In this document: positions 1-7,959 of the stretch, one piece after another
Numbering within the stretch: the stretch's first letter is position 1
Layout of the letters: every line of letters starts with the position of its first letter
Assembly: GCA_046350755.1 (NCBI GenBank)
Contig: JAXLZV010000001.1
Coordinates: forward strand, 160,216 to 224,215
Direction of reading: 5' to 3'
DNA: 64,000 nt
DNA from: Candidatus Saccharimonadota bacterium
Lineage (GTDB): Bacteria > Patescibacteriota > Saccharimonadia > CAILAD01 > GCA-016700035
Translations under genes and position numbers: made by a program
The notes under the pieces: generated by a model
What the model was told of the DNA's origin: nothing
Databases searched by the model: none
What the model saw: only the letters and a program-made list of their open reading frames with translations

Positions 1-54
1 GTGGGCGATAATGCCGATATTACGGGTATTTTCGAGTGAGTATTCGCGAGCCAT
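1..54 (-). CDS. 5' end (first 18 codons) of a translational GTPase, most likely elongation factor G; the gene continues beyond the window start
   Basis: The reverse complement of 1..54 translates to MAREYSLENTRNIGIIAH, the canonical EF-G-type N-terminus leading into the G1 motif (AHIDAGKTT expected next). The ATG is at 54..52. Confidence 0.45.
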   Translation of the reverse strand, partial: MAREYSLENTRNIGIIAH

Positions 55-103
55 GATTGTCCTTGCTTATATAAGTGATAATGATTGGATGAAAGGGCGC
101 GAA

Positions 104-126
104 CGAAAAAAATAGCGCGCCGCGCT
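104..126 (-). terminator. Candidate rho-independent terminator downstream of the ClpB-like gene
   Basis: On the minus strand there is a GC-rich palindrome AGCGC-GGC-GCGCT (plus 114..126) followed by a T7 run (plus A-run 105..112). Confidence 0.35.
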
Positions 127-180
127 TATCAACACCTAATTTACCATATTTATTCCCTGGTAGCAATGATCGCTAGGTGA

Positions 181-2610
181 CTATTCCGGGTGACTCGGTG
201 GAGCCGATTCCAAATCTTTCCGATCCAATGTAATTGCCTGTCCAGCCTGGATCTCACCGGTTAAGAGCCCTTTACTCAGGCGATCTTCGACCAACTTCTG
301 AAGAGTCCGGCGCATCGGCCGAGCTCCCATCCGCGGGTCATTACCGACTTCCACGATATAGGCCTTGGCGGCATCCGTCAGCTCAATTGAGATTTGTTGG
401 GCTTCTAGGTTGTGGTTGAGTGAACGCATCATAATGGTGACCACCTGCACCAGCTCATCTGGCGTCAGTGGGCGGAATGTAACGATTTCATCAAACCGGT
501 TGAGAAGCTCGGGCTTGAAGATCTGCTCAGATATCAGTTTATCAATAAACTTATCATGCAGCTGTGCCAGGTCTTGCCCGGCCCCAACAGCCTGACGAAT
601 ATCATCGGCTAGCGCATTCGAGGTCAGGATAATAATGCAATCCTTAAAACTCACCGGCTTGCCGGCAGTGTCAGTAAGGCGAGCTTCATCGAGCAGTTGC
701 AAGATGAGATTCAGGATATCAGGGTGGGCCTTTTCGATTTCATCCAATAACACCACGCTATATGGTTGCGTCCGAATATGCTCGAGAAAACTCGACCCCG
801 CCCCAGACTCGGAAGCCGCGGCTAGCAAACGACTGACATCACTGGCCTGCTGATACTCAGACATATCCAGCCGAATCATCCTTTCTTCACCTCCAAAGTA
901 GACCGCCGCCAAGGATTTTGCGAGCTCAGTTTTCCCAACACCGGTTGGACCAAGAAACAGAAAACTGCCAATCGGCCGACGGCTGTCTTTGACCCCCGCC
1001 CGGGCCCGCCGCAGAGCTCCAGCCACCGCGCTGACAGCCTGGGTTTGGTTAATCATCCGCTGATGAATTAGCTCCTCTAGATTCAATAGCTGCTCAGCTT
1101 CGGCCTTGTTGGCAGTGCCGGTCTTCACCCCCGTACTGGTTTCGATAGCAGCCTGCACAGAACGCTCCGTCACAACTCCACCTTCGGCGTGCGCAAACGC
1201 CATTCGCAAGAGATCGATCGCCGCACCCGGCTGCTGCTTGGTGGTGACATAACGATCCGAGAGATTAGCGGTTTCTTGCAGGGCTCGTAAAGTCGACCCA
1301 ACACCAGTCTGCGTTTCAAGCTCAAGGGCGACATCTTCGAGAACGCGGATCACCCCGAGTCGATCGATTTCGGTTACCGTTAGCTTCGTCATCTGACCGA
1401 TAAGATTAGGTCGTAACTGCGCAAAATGCGTCCAGTCTTCTTCGGTAAAAGCAAAAATCATCGGCAATCGCGTTTGCTGCAAGATAGGCGCCAGAATCTC
1501 ACTAATATCAACCGCGCCGGGCTTATTCATAAAGAAGTCTTGGGCATCATCGAAAAACAAGACGACATTTTTTGCCCGTACCGCATCCCCCATCACTTCG
1601 TTGATGATCCGCTCAATCGGTATCTCGGGGGTGGCTGCCGATAGCAAGGCGCTGGCCGAGAGACGCATCACCTTCCGATACGTCAGTCGGCCCATGTCTA
1701 CCCGATTTAAGATTTGGTCAGTAAAGGCATACACTAATGTACTTTTTCCTGAGCCGGTTGGTCCCACCAGGGCTGCCGCTGGGTGAGCAGGCTGGTTCAA
1801 GGCTGACACCAAGCCATCAATCACCTCTTCCCGACCGAGGTATGAAAAAATTGGTGCACCGGCTTCTACCTCATCGCTCATGTTTACCCCAAAGCGATCA
1901 AGAAAATTGGTGTAACCAGCCGCAAAATCACGACCAATGCCACCGTAATTCTTGCGCTCATGTTTTTCGAGCCGGTCATGAATCAAATGCTCGAGCCAGA
2001 CCAAGCCTTCGCTCAGATCTTGCCTGGTAATGTGAGCCGCCGCCAAGAATGGTTGCTGTGCTTCGATCAACACGGAGCAAGCAATCATCAAGCTGCCGGC
2101 CGTGATATGACGCTGACCAGCCGTACGAGCTTCTTCAAGTGCAACCGCATAGATTTGATCAACGTTCAGTTTCGCCATCTGGTTATCAATCACCTCCAGC
2201 GGCAACCCAAGATGGCTGACGAGAAAGCCCGTTTGCCAGTGCTGACGTAAGACTGCCCAGAGGCCGGTTGCGTCACTGACTCGCTTGAGTGGTCGAACCA
2301 GATCGGCCGAGAGTAAATCTGACAGGTTGGTCGAGCCATCATTGATCGGCGTTTGACCAGCAAACTGCCGCATACCCCACTTCGCCCAAAATGCCAACGG
2401 GGCGAGTGAGAGGCCAACTATCGCCAACCAAGCGCCGACTCGTACTAGGCCAAACAGTCCGGCCAATACTGCCCCCACGAGACTTACTAATGCTAGGCCG
2501 ACGATAAGATTCTGACGCCACTTCTGCACAAACCAAGCTGTACCGGCGATCCGCGTCGCCCGTCGACTGGGCTGAAATGATAACGACGATTGTGGCCCGA
2601 CTGGATTCAT
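181..2610 (-). CDS. Atypical membrane-anchored ClpA/ClpB-family double AAA+ ATPase with a degenerate D1 Walker B
   Basis: Two TM-like hydrophobic helices sit at the N-terminus (LIVGLALVSLVGAVLAGLFGLVRV, AWLAIVGLSLAPLAFWAKW). D1 has a P-loop GPTGSGKST but its Walker B reads LFFDDAQD, that is DD rather than DE. D2 is canonical: [28 protein letters not shown], the sensor-2 GARPMRR and a ClpB-type C-terminus. The likely start is the ATG at 2610, overlapping the upstream stop as ATGA; the ORF-track start at 2835 is probably an over-extension. Confidence 0.75.
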   Translation of the reverse strand: MNPVGPQSSLSFQPSRRATRIAGTAWFVQKWRQNLIVGLALVSLVGAVLAGLFGLVRVGAWLAIVGLSLAPLAFWAKWGMRQFAGQTPINDGSTNLSDLLSADLVRPLKRVSDATGLWAVLRQHWQTGFLVSHLGLPLEVIDNQMAKLNVDQIYAVALEEARTAGQRHITAGSLMIACSVLIEAQQPFLAAAHITRQDLSEGLVWLEHLIHDRLEKHERKNYGGIGRDFAAGYTNFLDRFGVNMSDEVEAGAPIFSYLGREEVIDGLVSALNQPAHPAAALVGPTGSGKSTLVYAFTDQILNRVDMGRLTYRKVMRLSASALLSAATPEIPIERIINEVMGDAVRAKNVVLFFDDAQDFFMNKPGAVDISEILAPILQQTRLPMIFAFTEEDWTHFAQLRPNLIGQMTKLTVTEIDRLGVIRVLEDVALELETQTGVGSTLRALQETANLSDRYVTTKQQPGAAIDLLRMAFAHAEGGVVTERSVQAAIETSTGVKTGTANKAEAEQLLNLEELIHQRMINQTQAVSAVAGALRRARAGVKDSRRPIGSFLFLGPTGVGKTELAKSLAAVYFGGEERMIRLDMSEYQQASDVSRLLAAASESGAGSSFLEHIRTQPYSVVLLDEIEKAHPDILNLILQLLDEARLTDTAGKPVSFKDCIIILTSNALADDIRQAVGAGQDLAQLHDKFIDKLISEQIFKPELLNRFDEIVTFRPLTPDELVQVVTIMMRSLNHNLEAQQISIELTDAAKAYIVEVGNDPRMGARPMRRTLQKLVEDRLSKGLLTGEIQAGQAITLDRKDLESAPPSHPE

Positions 2611-2969
2611 AGCACCGCTCCATAGACAAACAGCCCAGCTATCAGTGCCGGTAACAATGGCCAAGCAACGAATAACGTAACGCCAGCCAGTATCATGACC
2701 ACAGACAGCAAAGCCCAGAACGCCACGATCATCAAGCGGACACTGAAGCCAACTAATCTGGCCACAAAGTTCATCACTAGGGCTCGCAGCATCTGATCGA
2801 GCCCCCGAGCTCCCGACACACGATCTTCCTTCCAAGGCGCAAACAAGGTTCGAAGCATCTGTCGAACCGAGAACACATTATAGAGCCGCACTAAGCGTCG
2901 CTTGAGTACTTCAAGAACGTGGAGCCAGCCCCAGCCATACCACCAGGAGACGGCGTCAATAATAGTCAT
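2607..2969 (-). CDS. Small hydrophobic membrane protein, translationally coupled to the ClpB-like ATPase
   Basis: A 120-aa ORF with a C-terminal hydrophobic stretch (LMIVAFWALLSVVMILAGVTLFVAWPLLPALIAGLFVYGAV). Its TGA stop overlaps the ATG of the downstream ATPase (ATGA). No recognisable motif. Confidence 0.45.
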   Translation of the reverse strand: MTIIDAVSWWYGWGWLHVLEVLKRRLVRLYNVFSVRQMLRTLFAPWKEDRVSGARGLDQMLRALVMNFVARLVGFSVRLMIVAFWALLSVVMILAGVTLFVAWPLLPALIAGLFVYGAVL

Positions 2970-3014
2970 GCTTATATGGTAGCAACCTGGGAGTAGTGTG
3001 GCAAACTTGCGACG

Positions 3015-4670
3015 CTATGAGGCGCCGATCGCGATAACTTGACCGCCTAAGCGTTTCGCGAAATAGCTATCGTGCGAGATATAGAGCACCGCCCCATCAT
3101 AACGAGCCAAGGCCGCTTCCAGCTCTTCGATCGATGGTAGGTCAAGATGGTTCGTCGGCTCATCGAGAATCAACAGATTCGGTCGAGCCGCAAACAGCGC
3201 GATCAGCTGAATACGAGCTTTTTGTCCGCCCGAAAGCTGTTTAACTGGTATCGCACGGTCACTCGCTTCAAACAGATACTCCGCTAAGACTTTATAGACT
3301 ACCTCCTCATTCACTTGTCGACCGGCTGCCCGATAAATGTCGATAATTGCTTCTTCAAGCGTCATCGTCAGATACGATGTATCGATTTCCTGCTCATAGC
3401 GACCAATCTTCAGTCCCTGGGCGCAGTCAATCAAACCACCAAATATCCGGGTGGCTAACTTCTGTCCGGCTGCCGAGGCACACAGCGCATCGACCAAGGT
3501 AGTTTTACCGGCCCCGTTGCGGCCAACAATCTGTACTCGCTCGCCGGCTCGCAACTCAAAACTCACCTCGGCAAAGAGCGGCTGACCATAGCCGAGCGAT
3601 AACTGCTCAACCGAGACCAGCCGTGAGGTGTGACCCGCGTTTGCTTCATGAGCACCACGCAAGGAAATTGACCGAGCTTTATACTTTTCATACTGTTCTG
3701 ACTGACCACGCTTGAGATCCTGAACTGAAGCTTGATCGATCCAGATCGTTGGCTTCGCGATGCGCTCTTCCAGTTCAGCAATCTCCCGCTGCAAGCGACG
3801 CACCAATGGCACAAATGGGTTCGGACTTTGTTTCGAGCGCAACTTCTTCTGTTCGGCCTGTTTAAGAGCCTCACGGCGATTGTCGAGCGTTTTGATATCG
3901 ATCTCATACTGGTGCATCGCGCTCGTCGAACTGACAGCGTTCTGCTTCAGATAAGCATCATAGTTGCCAGGAAAATTAAACAGCTTGCGATCCTTGAGCT
4001 CAATAATCCGATCGACGCCAGCCAAGACATCACGATCGTGTGAGATCACCAGCACAGCCGATTGGGTCGACTTGAGCCACTCAGTAAACTTTGCCTTCGC
4101 CACATAGTCCATGTGATTCGTCGGTTCATCCAGGATGAGTAGGTCGGCATTAGAAAATTCAACTTGCACGAGCTGCGCGAAACGTTTTTCGCCACCCGAA
4201 AGCTGCTCAAAAGGCCCAGAAATTTGGGCCTCCGTCAGCTGATAGGCTTTGAGAGCTTCAACCACGTGATCGCGCACGTGATAATAACCGCGCTCATCAT
4301 AAGTCTCAAGGGCGTTAGTGTATTCTTCGATCTTCCGCATATCACTCCCCATCAAGTCAGGGTGAGTTTCGATGATATGGGTTAGCTCTTCGTAGTCACG
4401 CAGGCCGGATAATACATACTCCAGTGTCGTCTGCTGACTGCCAACCGATTGTTCCTGTTCGGTCGTCAGAATAATTAGCCCCGCCTTGCGACGCACCTGA
4501 CCAATAAACTCCGCATCCTCACCAGTAAGAATACGCGTTAAGGTCGTTTTCCCGACGCCATTGCGACCGACGAAGCCAACCACTTCGCCGGCTTGAATCT
4601 GTAAGTCGGCATGATGAATAAGTAGCTTGGCTCCCGCCTGTTTTTCTTCGATTTTGGCTTCGAGTAACAT
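3015..4670 (-). CDS. ABC-F family ATPase (two tandem ABC domains, no TMD; EttA/Uup-like translation factor)
   Basis: Two Walker A motifs (GRNGVGKTT, GRNGAGKTT), two ABC signatures (LSGGEKRFAQL, LSGGQKARIQL) and two Walker B motifs (LLILDEPTNH x2), with an inter-domain linker and no membrane domain. Confidence 0.85.
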   Translation of the reverse strand: MLLEAKIEEKQAGAKLLIHHADLQIQAGEVVGFVGRNGVGKTTLTRILTGEDAEFIGQVRRKAGLIILTTEQEQSVGSQQTTLEYVLSGLRDYEELTHIIETHPDLMGSDMRKIEEYTNALETYDERGYYHVRDHVVEALKAYQLTEAQISGPFEQLSGGEKRFAQLVQVEFSNADLLILDEPTNHMDYVAKAKFTEWLKSTQSAVLVISHDRDVLAGVDRIIELKDRKLFNFPGNYDAYLKQNAVSSTSAMHQYEIDIKTLDNRREALKQAEQKKLRSKQSPNPFVPLVRRLQREIAELEERIAKPTIWIDQASVQDLKRGQSEQYEKYKARSISLRGAHEANAGHTSRLVSVEQLSLGYGQPLFAEVSFELRAGERVQIVGRNGAGKTTLVDALCASAAGQKLATRIFGGLIDCAQGLKIGRYEQEIDTSYLTMTLEEAIIDIYRAAGRQVNEEVVYKVLAEYLFEASDRAIPVKQLSGGQKARIQLIALFAARPNLLILDEPTNHLDLPSIEELEAALARYDGAVLYISHDSYFAKRLGGQVIAIGAS

Positions 4671-4730
4671 AGCTCGAACAGTATACCGGTTTATCAGATA
4701 GGCCGCAAAAATGGCCTAGCCTAGGATTAA

Positions 4731-5414
4731 TCAGTTAGCCGGCAGCGTGTAATCAAGTTCGGTGAAAAAACGGGCTTCGGCTGGCGCTTCGAGTAACTTA
4801 ATCAGATCCGGCATACTGGGCATCATTTTGTTATCTGACCAGTCCTGATCTGGTGTCGCCCAGAAGAGCTCCCCGGCCGGATGATGCGCGTGTGGATCGG
4901 TACTTGGCGCCACACCAGTAAAGAGATGAAAGAGAACTTCACTCACCGGCTCCTTATCTTCGGCCGAGCGAATGGTAATATAGCCGTCACCCCGGTGATG
5001 GAGAACAGCTTGCAATCCTGTCTTTTCAAACAGCTCACGAGCGGCAGCTTCGGCGATCTTCTCATCGCGATGCAGCTTCCCGTAGGGAAATCCGACCTTA
5101 CCAAGCAAGGGCTGAACCTTGCGCTTCATCAGCAACCACCGGCCAAGTCGATCATGACAGGCGAGGAGAATAATGATCTTTGGCTGTATGCGCGGCTTGA
5201 GATTCGACAGACTGAGGCTATCAACATAGCGTTTGCCAGCCGAGGTGAGGCCATAGGTTCCCCAGCTTGTCCGCATAACGTAACCCGAATCCTTCAATGA
5301 CTTGAGGTGATAGGCGAACACATTACTCTCCAAGCCTTTTGGTTTTATTTGCGCATACCGCAGGTTCTCGCCCTGCATAAGTTCCCCGAGTATCGTACGC
5401 TGAATATGATGCAT
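4731..5414 (-). CDS. Nudix hydrolase fused to an N-terminal winged-HTH domain (NrtR-like regulator architecture, inverted order)
   Basis: The N-terminus has an HTH-like segment (QRTILGELMQGENLRYAQI...HLKSLKDSGYV). The Nudix box is GKLHRDEKIAEAAARELFEKTGL (Gx5Ex7REUxEExGU). Confidence 0.65.
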   Translation of the reverse strand: MHHIQRTILGELMQGENLRYAQIKPKGLESNVFAYHLKSLKDSGYVMRTSWGTYGLTSAGKRYVDSLSLSNLKPRIQPKIIILLACHDRLGRWLLMKRKVQPLLGKVGFPYGKLHRDEKIAEAAARELFEKTGLQAVLHHRGDGYITIRSAEDKEPVSEVLFHLFTGVAPSTDPHAHHPAGELFWATPDQDWSDNKMMPSMPDLIKLLEAPAEARFFTELDYTLPAN

Positions 5415-5554
5415 ATCCCTAGATTACCATAAGTTGAGTCAATATTCTGTAGACAGATTAACCAATTAGCTTCTTCAATCAGTCATCATGCTTATTGTAT
5501 TTATCTATATTTATGGTAATATATACTTACTGTTCCCCAGAGAAAGGGCTCGAC

Positions 5555-6190
5555 ATGAGCCGCACCTTGCAACGTATCATCGAGTGGCTACTGACCGCCA
5601 TCTTACTCATCCCAGCCCTTGTCATCTCAGCAATTGCTGCCATAGTAATCATGCTTGTCGACGGTCACTCACCGTTTTTTCATCAAGAACGCATCGGTAA
5701 AAACGGCTCTCCTTTCCCATGCTTCAAACTGCAGACTATGCGACCAAAGCAGGATGGCGAGCATTACCACAATCCTGATGATGACGCCCGACGCGTTACT
5801 CCTCTCGGAGCATGCTTACGCGCTCACGCCATCGATGAACTCCCACAGTTTATCAATATCCTCCGGGGCGAGATGAGGCTCTTCGGACCTCGTCCGTTGG
5901 CAGTTGAAACAATTCACGAAATCCGCGAGTCGTGCACTGACGATCTGGCAATCTTCACCCAATGGAGCGCCCGGCGTCAAACACTTTCGCCCGGCCTGTG
6001 CGGCTGGTGGCAAGTCCACACCAGTGACAACCGCAGTCTGCACTACGACAATGAGTACTATGACGGCCTGACACTGCGTCAGTTCTGTAAGATGGTCGGC
6101 CTGTCATTCAAGATCTTGCCGTCCGGGAAAAGCTCCCTGCACGCCTGCAGCGAGCCAAGTAGCCCCCTGCCCACCGACCTCAGTCCATGA
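5555..6190 (+). CDS. Polyprenyl-phosphate sugar phosphotransferase (bacterial sugar transferase family, WbaP/PglC-like)
   Basis: An N-terminal TM helix is followed by FKLQTMRP (the KFRSM-like motif), LPQFINILRGEMRLFGPRPL and PGLCGWWQV. The preferred start is MSRTLQRIIEW at 5555; the ORF-track start at 5495 is an AT-rich over-extension. Confidence 0.8.
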   Translation: MSRTLQRIIEWLLTAILLIPALVISAIAAIVIMLVDGHSPFFHQERIGKNGSPFPCFKLQTMRPKQDGEHYHNPDDDARRVTPLGACLRAHAIDELPQFINILRGEMRLFGPRPLAVETIHEIRESCTDDLAIFTQWSARRQTLSPGLCGWWQVHTSDNRSLHYDNEYYDGLTLRQFCKMVGLSFKILPSGKSSLHACSEPSSPLPTDLSP

Positions 6191-6311
6191 GGTCGGTATA
6201 TTTTTGTCAATTTTCTTTGAGTCAAAACGTCTCGTCTAGAAGTTACTGTGGCTTTGCGTGATAGTAAGAGTGTAATCGCACCTTACAAAAAGAATCCCTT
6301 GAGGAGGATCC

Positions 6312-6815
6312 ATGCTAGACGCTACAGAGCTAACCAGCTTACTGTCTCAGATAGAGCACTCGCAGTTCGGACTGCAAACCAAACAAGCCGATCTGGAGAT
6401 AGCCGAACAACGAGTCAAGACCGCACGTAGTCAACTTTACAGCTTGCAGCAAGCATATCGTAGCGGGCGACGCGACTTCATCCACCAGGCGCTTGATGCT
6501 TACCAACGAGCTATGTGTGCTTACTGTAAGAAAATCCGCCCGCGTGAGCAAATGAAAACAGTCTGCGAAATGGGCTACTACGTCGACAGTGACTGCCGAT
6601 ACAATCGCTGGGAAGTCCCCTATGAGCATTACTTCCCGATCTGCTCGCGCTGTGCCCTTGAGAGAACATTTAGCACGAAGGAGGAAAATGGCTATATAGT
6701 TGGCAAGGCTCTCCTCGATTTCGATATTGCCGTACACGATCGGTGGATCGACTATGGCGACGAACAGCTCAATACAATCAACCATGCCATGAGCTTAGGC
6801 CTGCCTCAGCTCTAG
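6312..6815 (+). CDS. Hypothetical protein with an N-terminal coiled-coil and a C-terminal 4-Cys zinc-ribbon-like cluster
   Basis: There is a good RBS (GAGGAGGA) 5 nt upstream of the ATG and a strong terminator downstream. The Cys cluster reads CAYCKK...C...C...CSRC. No family recognised. Confidence 0.55.
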   Translation: MLDATELTSLLSQIEHSQFGLQTKQADLEIAEQRVKTARSQLYSLQQAYRSGRRDFIHQALDAYQRAMCAYCKKIRPREQMKTVCEMGYYVDSDCRYNRWEVPYEHYFPICSRCALERTFSTKEENGYIVGKALLDFDIAVHDRWIDYGDEQLNTINHAMSLGLPQL

Positions 6816-6843
6816 GTTAGCCCGTCCTTCATCCCTCATACGA

Positions 6844-6878
6844 GAAAATCCCTCGTCTGAGGGATTTTCTTCTTGTCT
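6844..6878 (+). terminator. Rho-independent terminator after the 6312..6815 gene
   Basis: Hairpin AAATCCCTC-GTCT-GAGGGATTT followed by TTCTTCTTG. Confidence 0.55.
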
Positions 6879-6891
6879 TCAGTGGCAAAGC

Positions 6892-7368
6892 TTAGTAGCG
6901 AGCAAAGTGCGCAAAGGCTTTATTAGCCTCGGCCATCTGATGCGTATCTGCCTTTTTCTTAATCGCATCACCCTGATTATTGTAAGCATCTAGGAGCTCA
7001 TTCGCTAAGCGCTTATCAAAGCTGCGGCCTTCTTTGGCTCGAGCGGCATCCAGCATCCAAATCATCGCGTAATGAATACGGCGATCAGGCTTCACTTCCA
7101 TCGGCACCTGATAGTTAGCGCCACCAACACGACGGGATTTCACCTGTACTTGTGGGCTAGCATTCTTAATCGCGCCTTCAAAGATCTCCATGGCGTCCTT
7201 CTTAGACTTGGTAGCCGCTTCATCGAGCGCACTGTAGACCAAGCGCTCAGCCAAGCGCTTCTTGCCATCTTTCATGACCTTATTGATCATGCGTGTCACA
7301 AGAATCGAATTGTACTGCAAATCAGCTGGCAATTCACGCTTGAGTGATTTCGTCTTCTTTCGTGGCAT
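6892..7368 (-). CDS. rpsG: 30S ribosomal protein S7
   Basis: MPRKKTKSLKRELPADLQYNS... is the canonical S7 sequence, and the gene lies directly downstream of rpsL. Confidence 0.95.
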   Translation of the reverse strand: MPRKKTKSLKRELPADLQYNSILVTRMINKVMKDGKKRLAERLVYSALDEAATKSKKDAMEIFEGAIKNASPQVQVKSRRVGGANYQVPMEVKPDRRIHYAMIWMLDAARAKEGRSFDKRLANELLDAYNNQGDAIKKKADTHQMAEANKAFAHFARY

Positions 7369-7371
7369 AGC

Positions 7372-7791
7372 TTATCCCTTGGCCTTTTCTAATTTAGCAC
7401 CATACTTTGAGCGTCCCTGCTTACGTGCGGCGACACCTGCCGTGTCGAGTGAACCACGCACGACGTGATAGCGCACACCCGGAAGGTCTTTCACACGACC
7501 ACCGCGCACCAGCACAACTGAGTGTTCTTGCAGGTTATGTCCAATACCACCGATATAGGCTGTAACTTCCATACCATTCGTCAAGCGTACACGAGCCACC
7601 TTACGAAGCGCCGAGTTTGGCTTCTTTGGGGTCTGAGTAAATACCTTCGTGCAAACACCACGTTTAAACGGCGCGTTTAATGAACGAGTCCGACCCTTGA
7701 GCGCATTGAGATTGCGACCGAGAGCTGGCGACTTACTCTTTTTGCGAGCAGCCGTCCGTGGTTTACGAATGAGTTGATTGATAGTTGGCAT
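7372..7791 (-). CDS. rpsL: 30S ribosomal protein S12
   Basis: [12 protein letters not shown]...[19 protein letters not shown] is the canonical S12 sequence. Confidence 0.95.
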   Translation of the reverse strand: MPTINQLIRKPRTAARKKSKSPALGRNLNALKGRTRSLNAPFKRGVCTKVFTQTPKKPNSALRKVARVRLTNGMEVTAYIGGIGHNLQEHSVVLVRGGRVKDLPGVRYHVVRGSLDTAGVAARKQGRSKYGAKLEKAKG

Positions 7792-7959
7792 AAAACTTGA
7801 TTATCTTACCAGATTAGGTTAATTGGGTCAACAGGTGTGGGAAACTTGAGTTGATATCAGGGCGAGATTTCGCGAGCCGGGTGTCGATGGAGAATGGCAG
7901 ACCAAGTAAGGACTTGCCACTCCCACATCAACACTGCATTTGGCGCGAGAGATCAGTGG

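Noticed and set aside
2611-2835. 75-aa N-terminal extension of the ClpB-like ORF
   Set aside because: It overlaps the 3' end of the well-formed 120-aa membrane ORF in another frame. The internal ATG at 2610 forms an ATGA coupling junction with that ORF's stop.
5495-5554. N-terminal 20-aa extension of the sugar transferase (MYLSIFMVIYTYCSPEKGLD)
   Set aside because: The extension lies in AT-rich promoter-like sequence. The downstream ATG (5555) gives the canonical family N-terminus.
6339-6785. 148-aa minus-strand ORF
   Set aside because: It is antisense to 6312..6815. That gene has a consensus RBS, a downstream terminator and a Cys4 motif, while this ORF has none of these.
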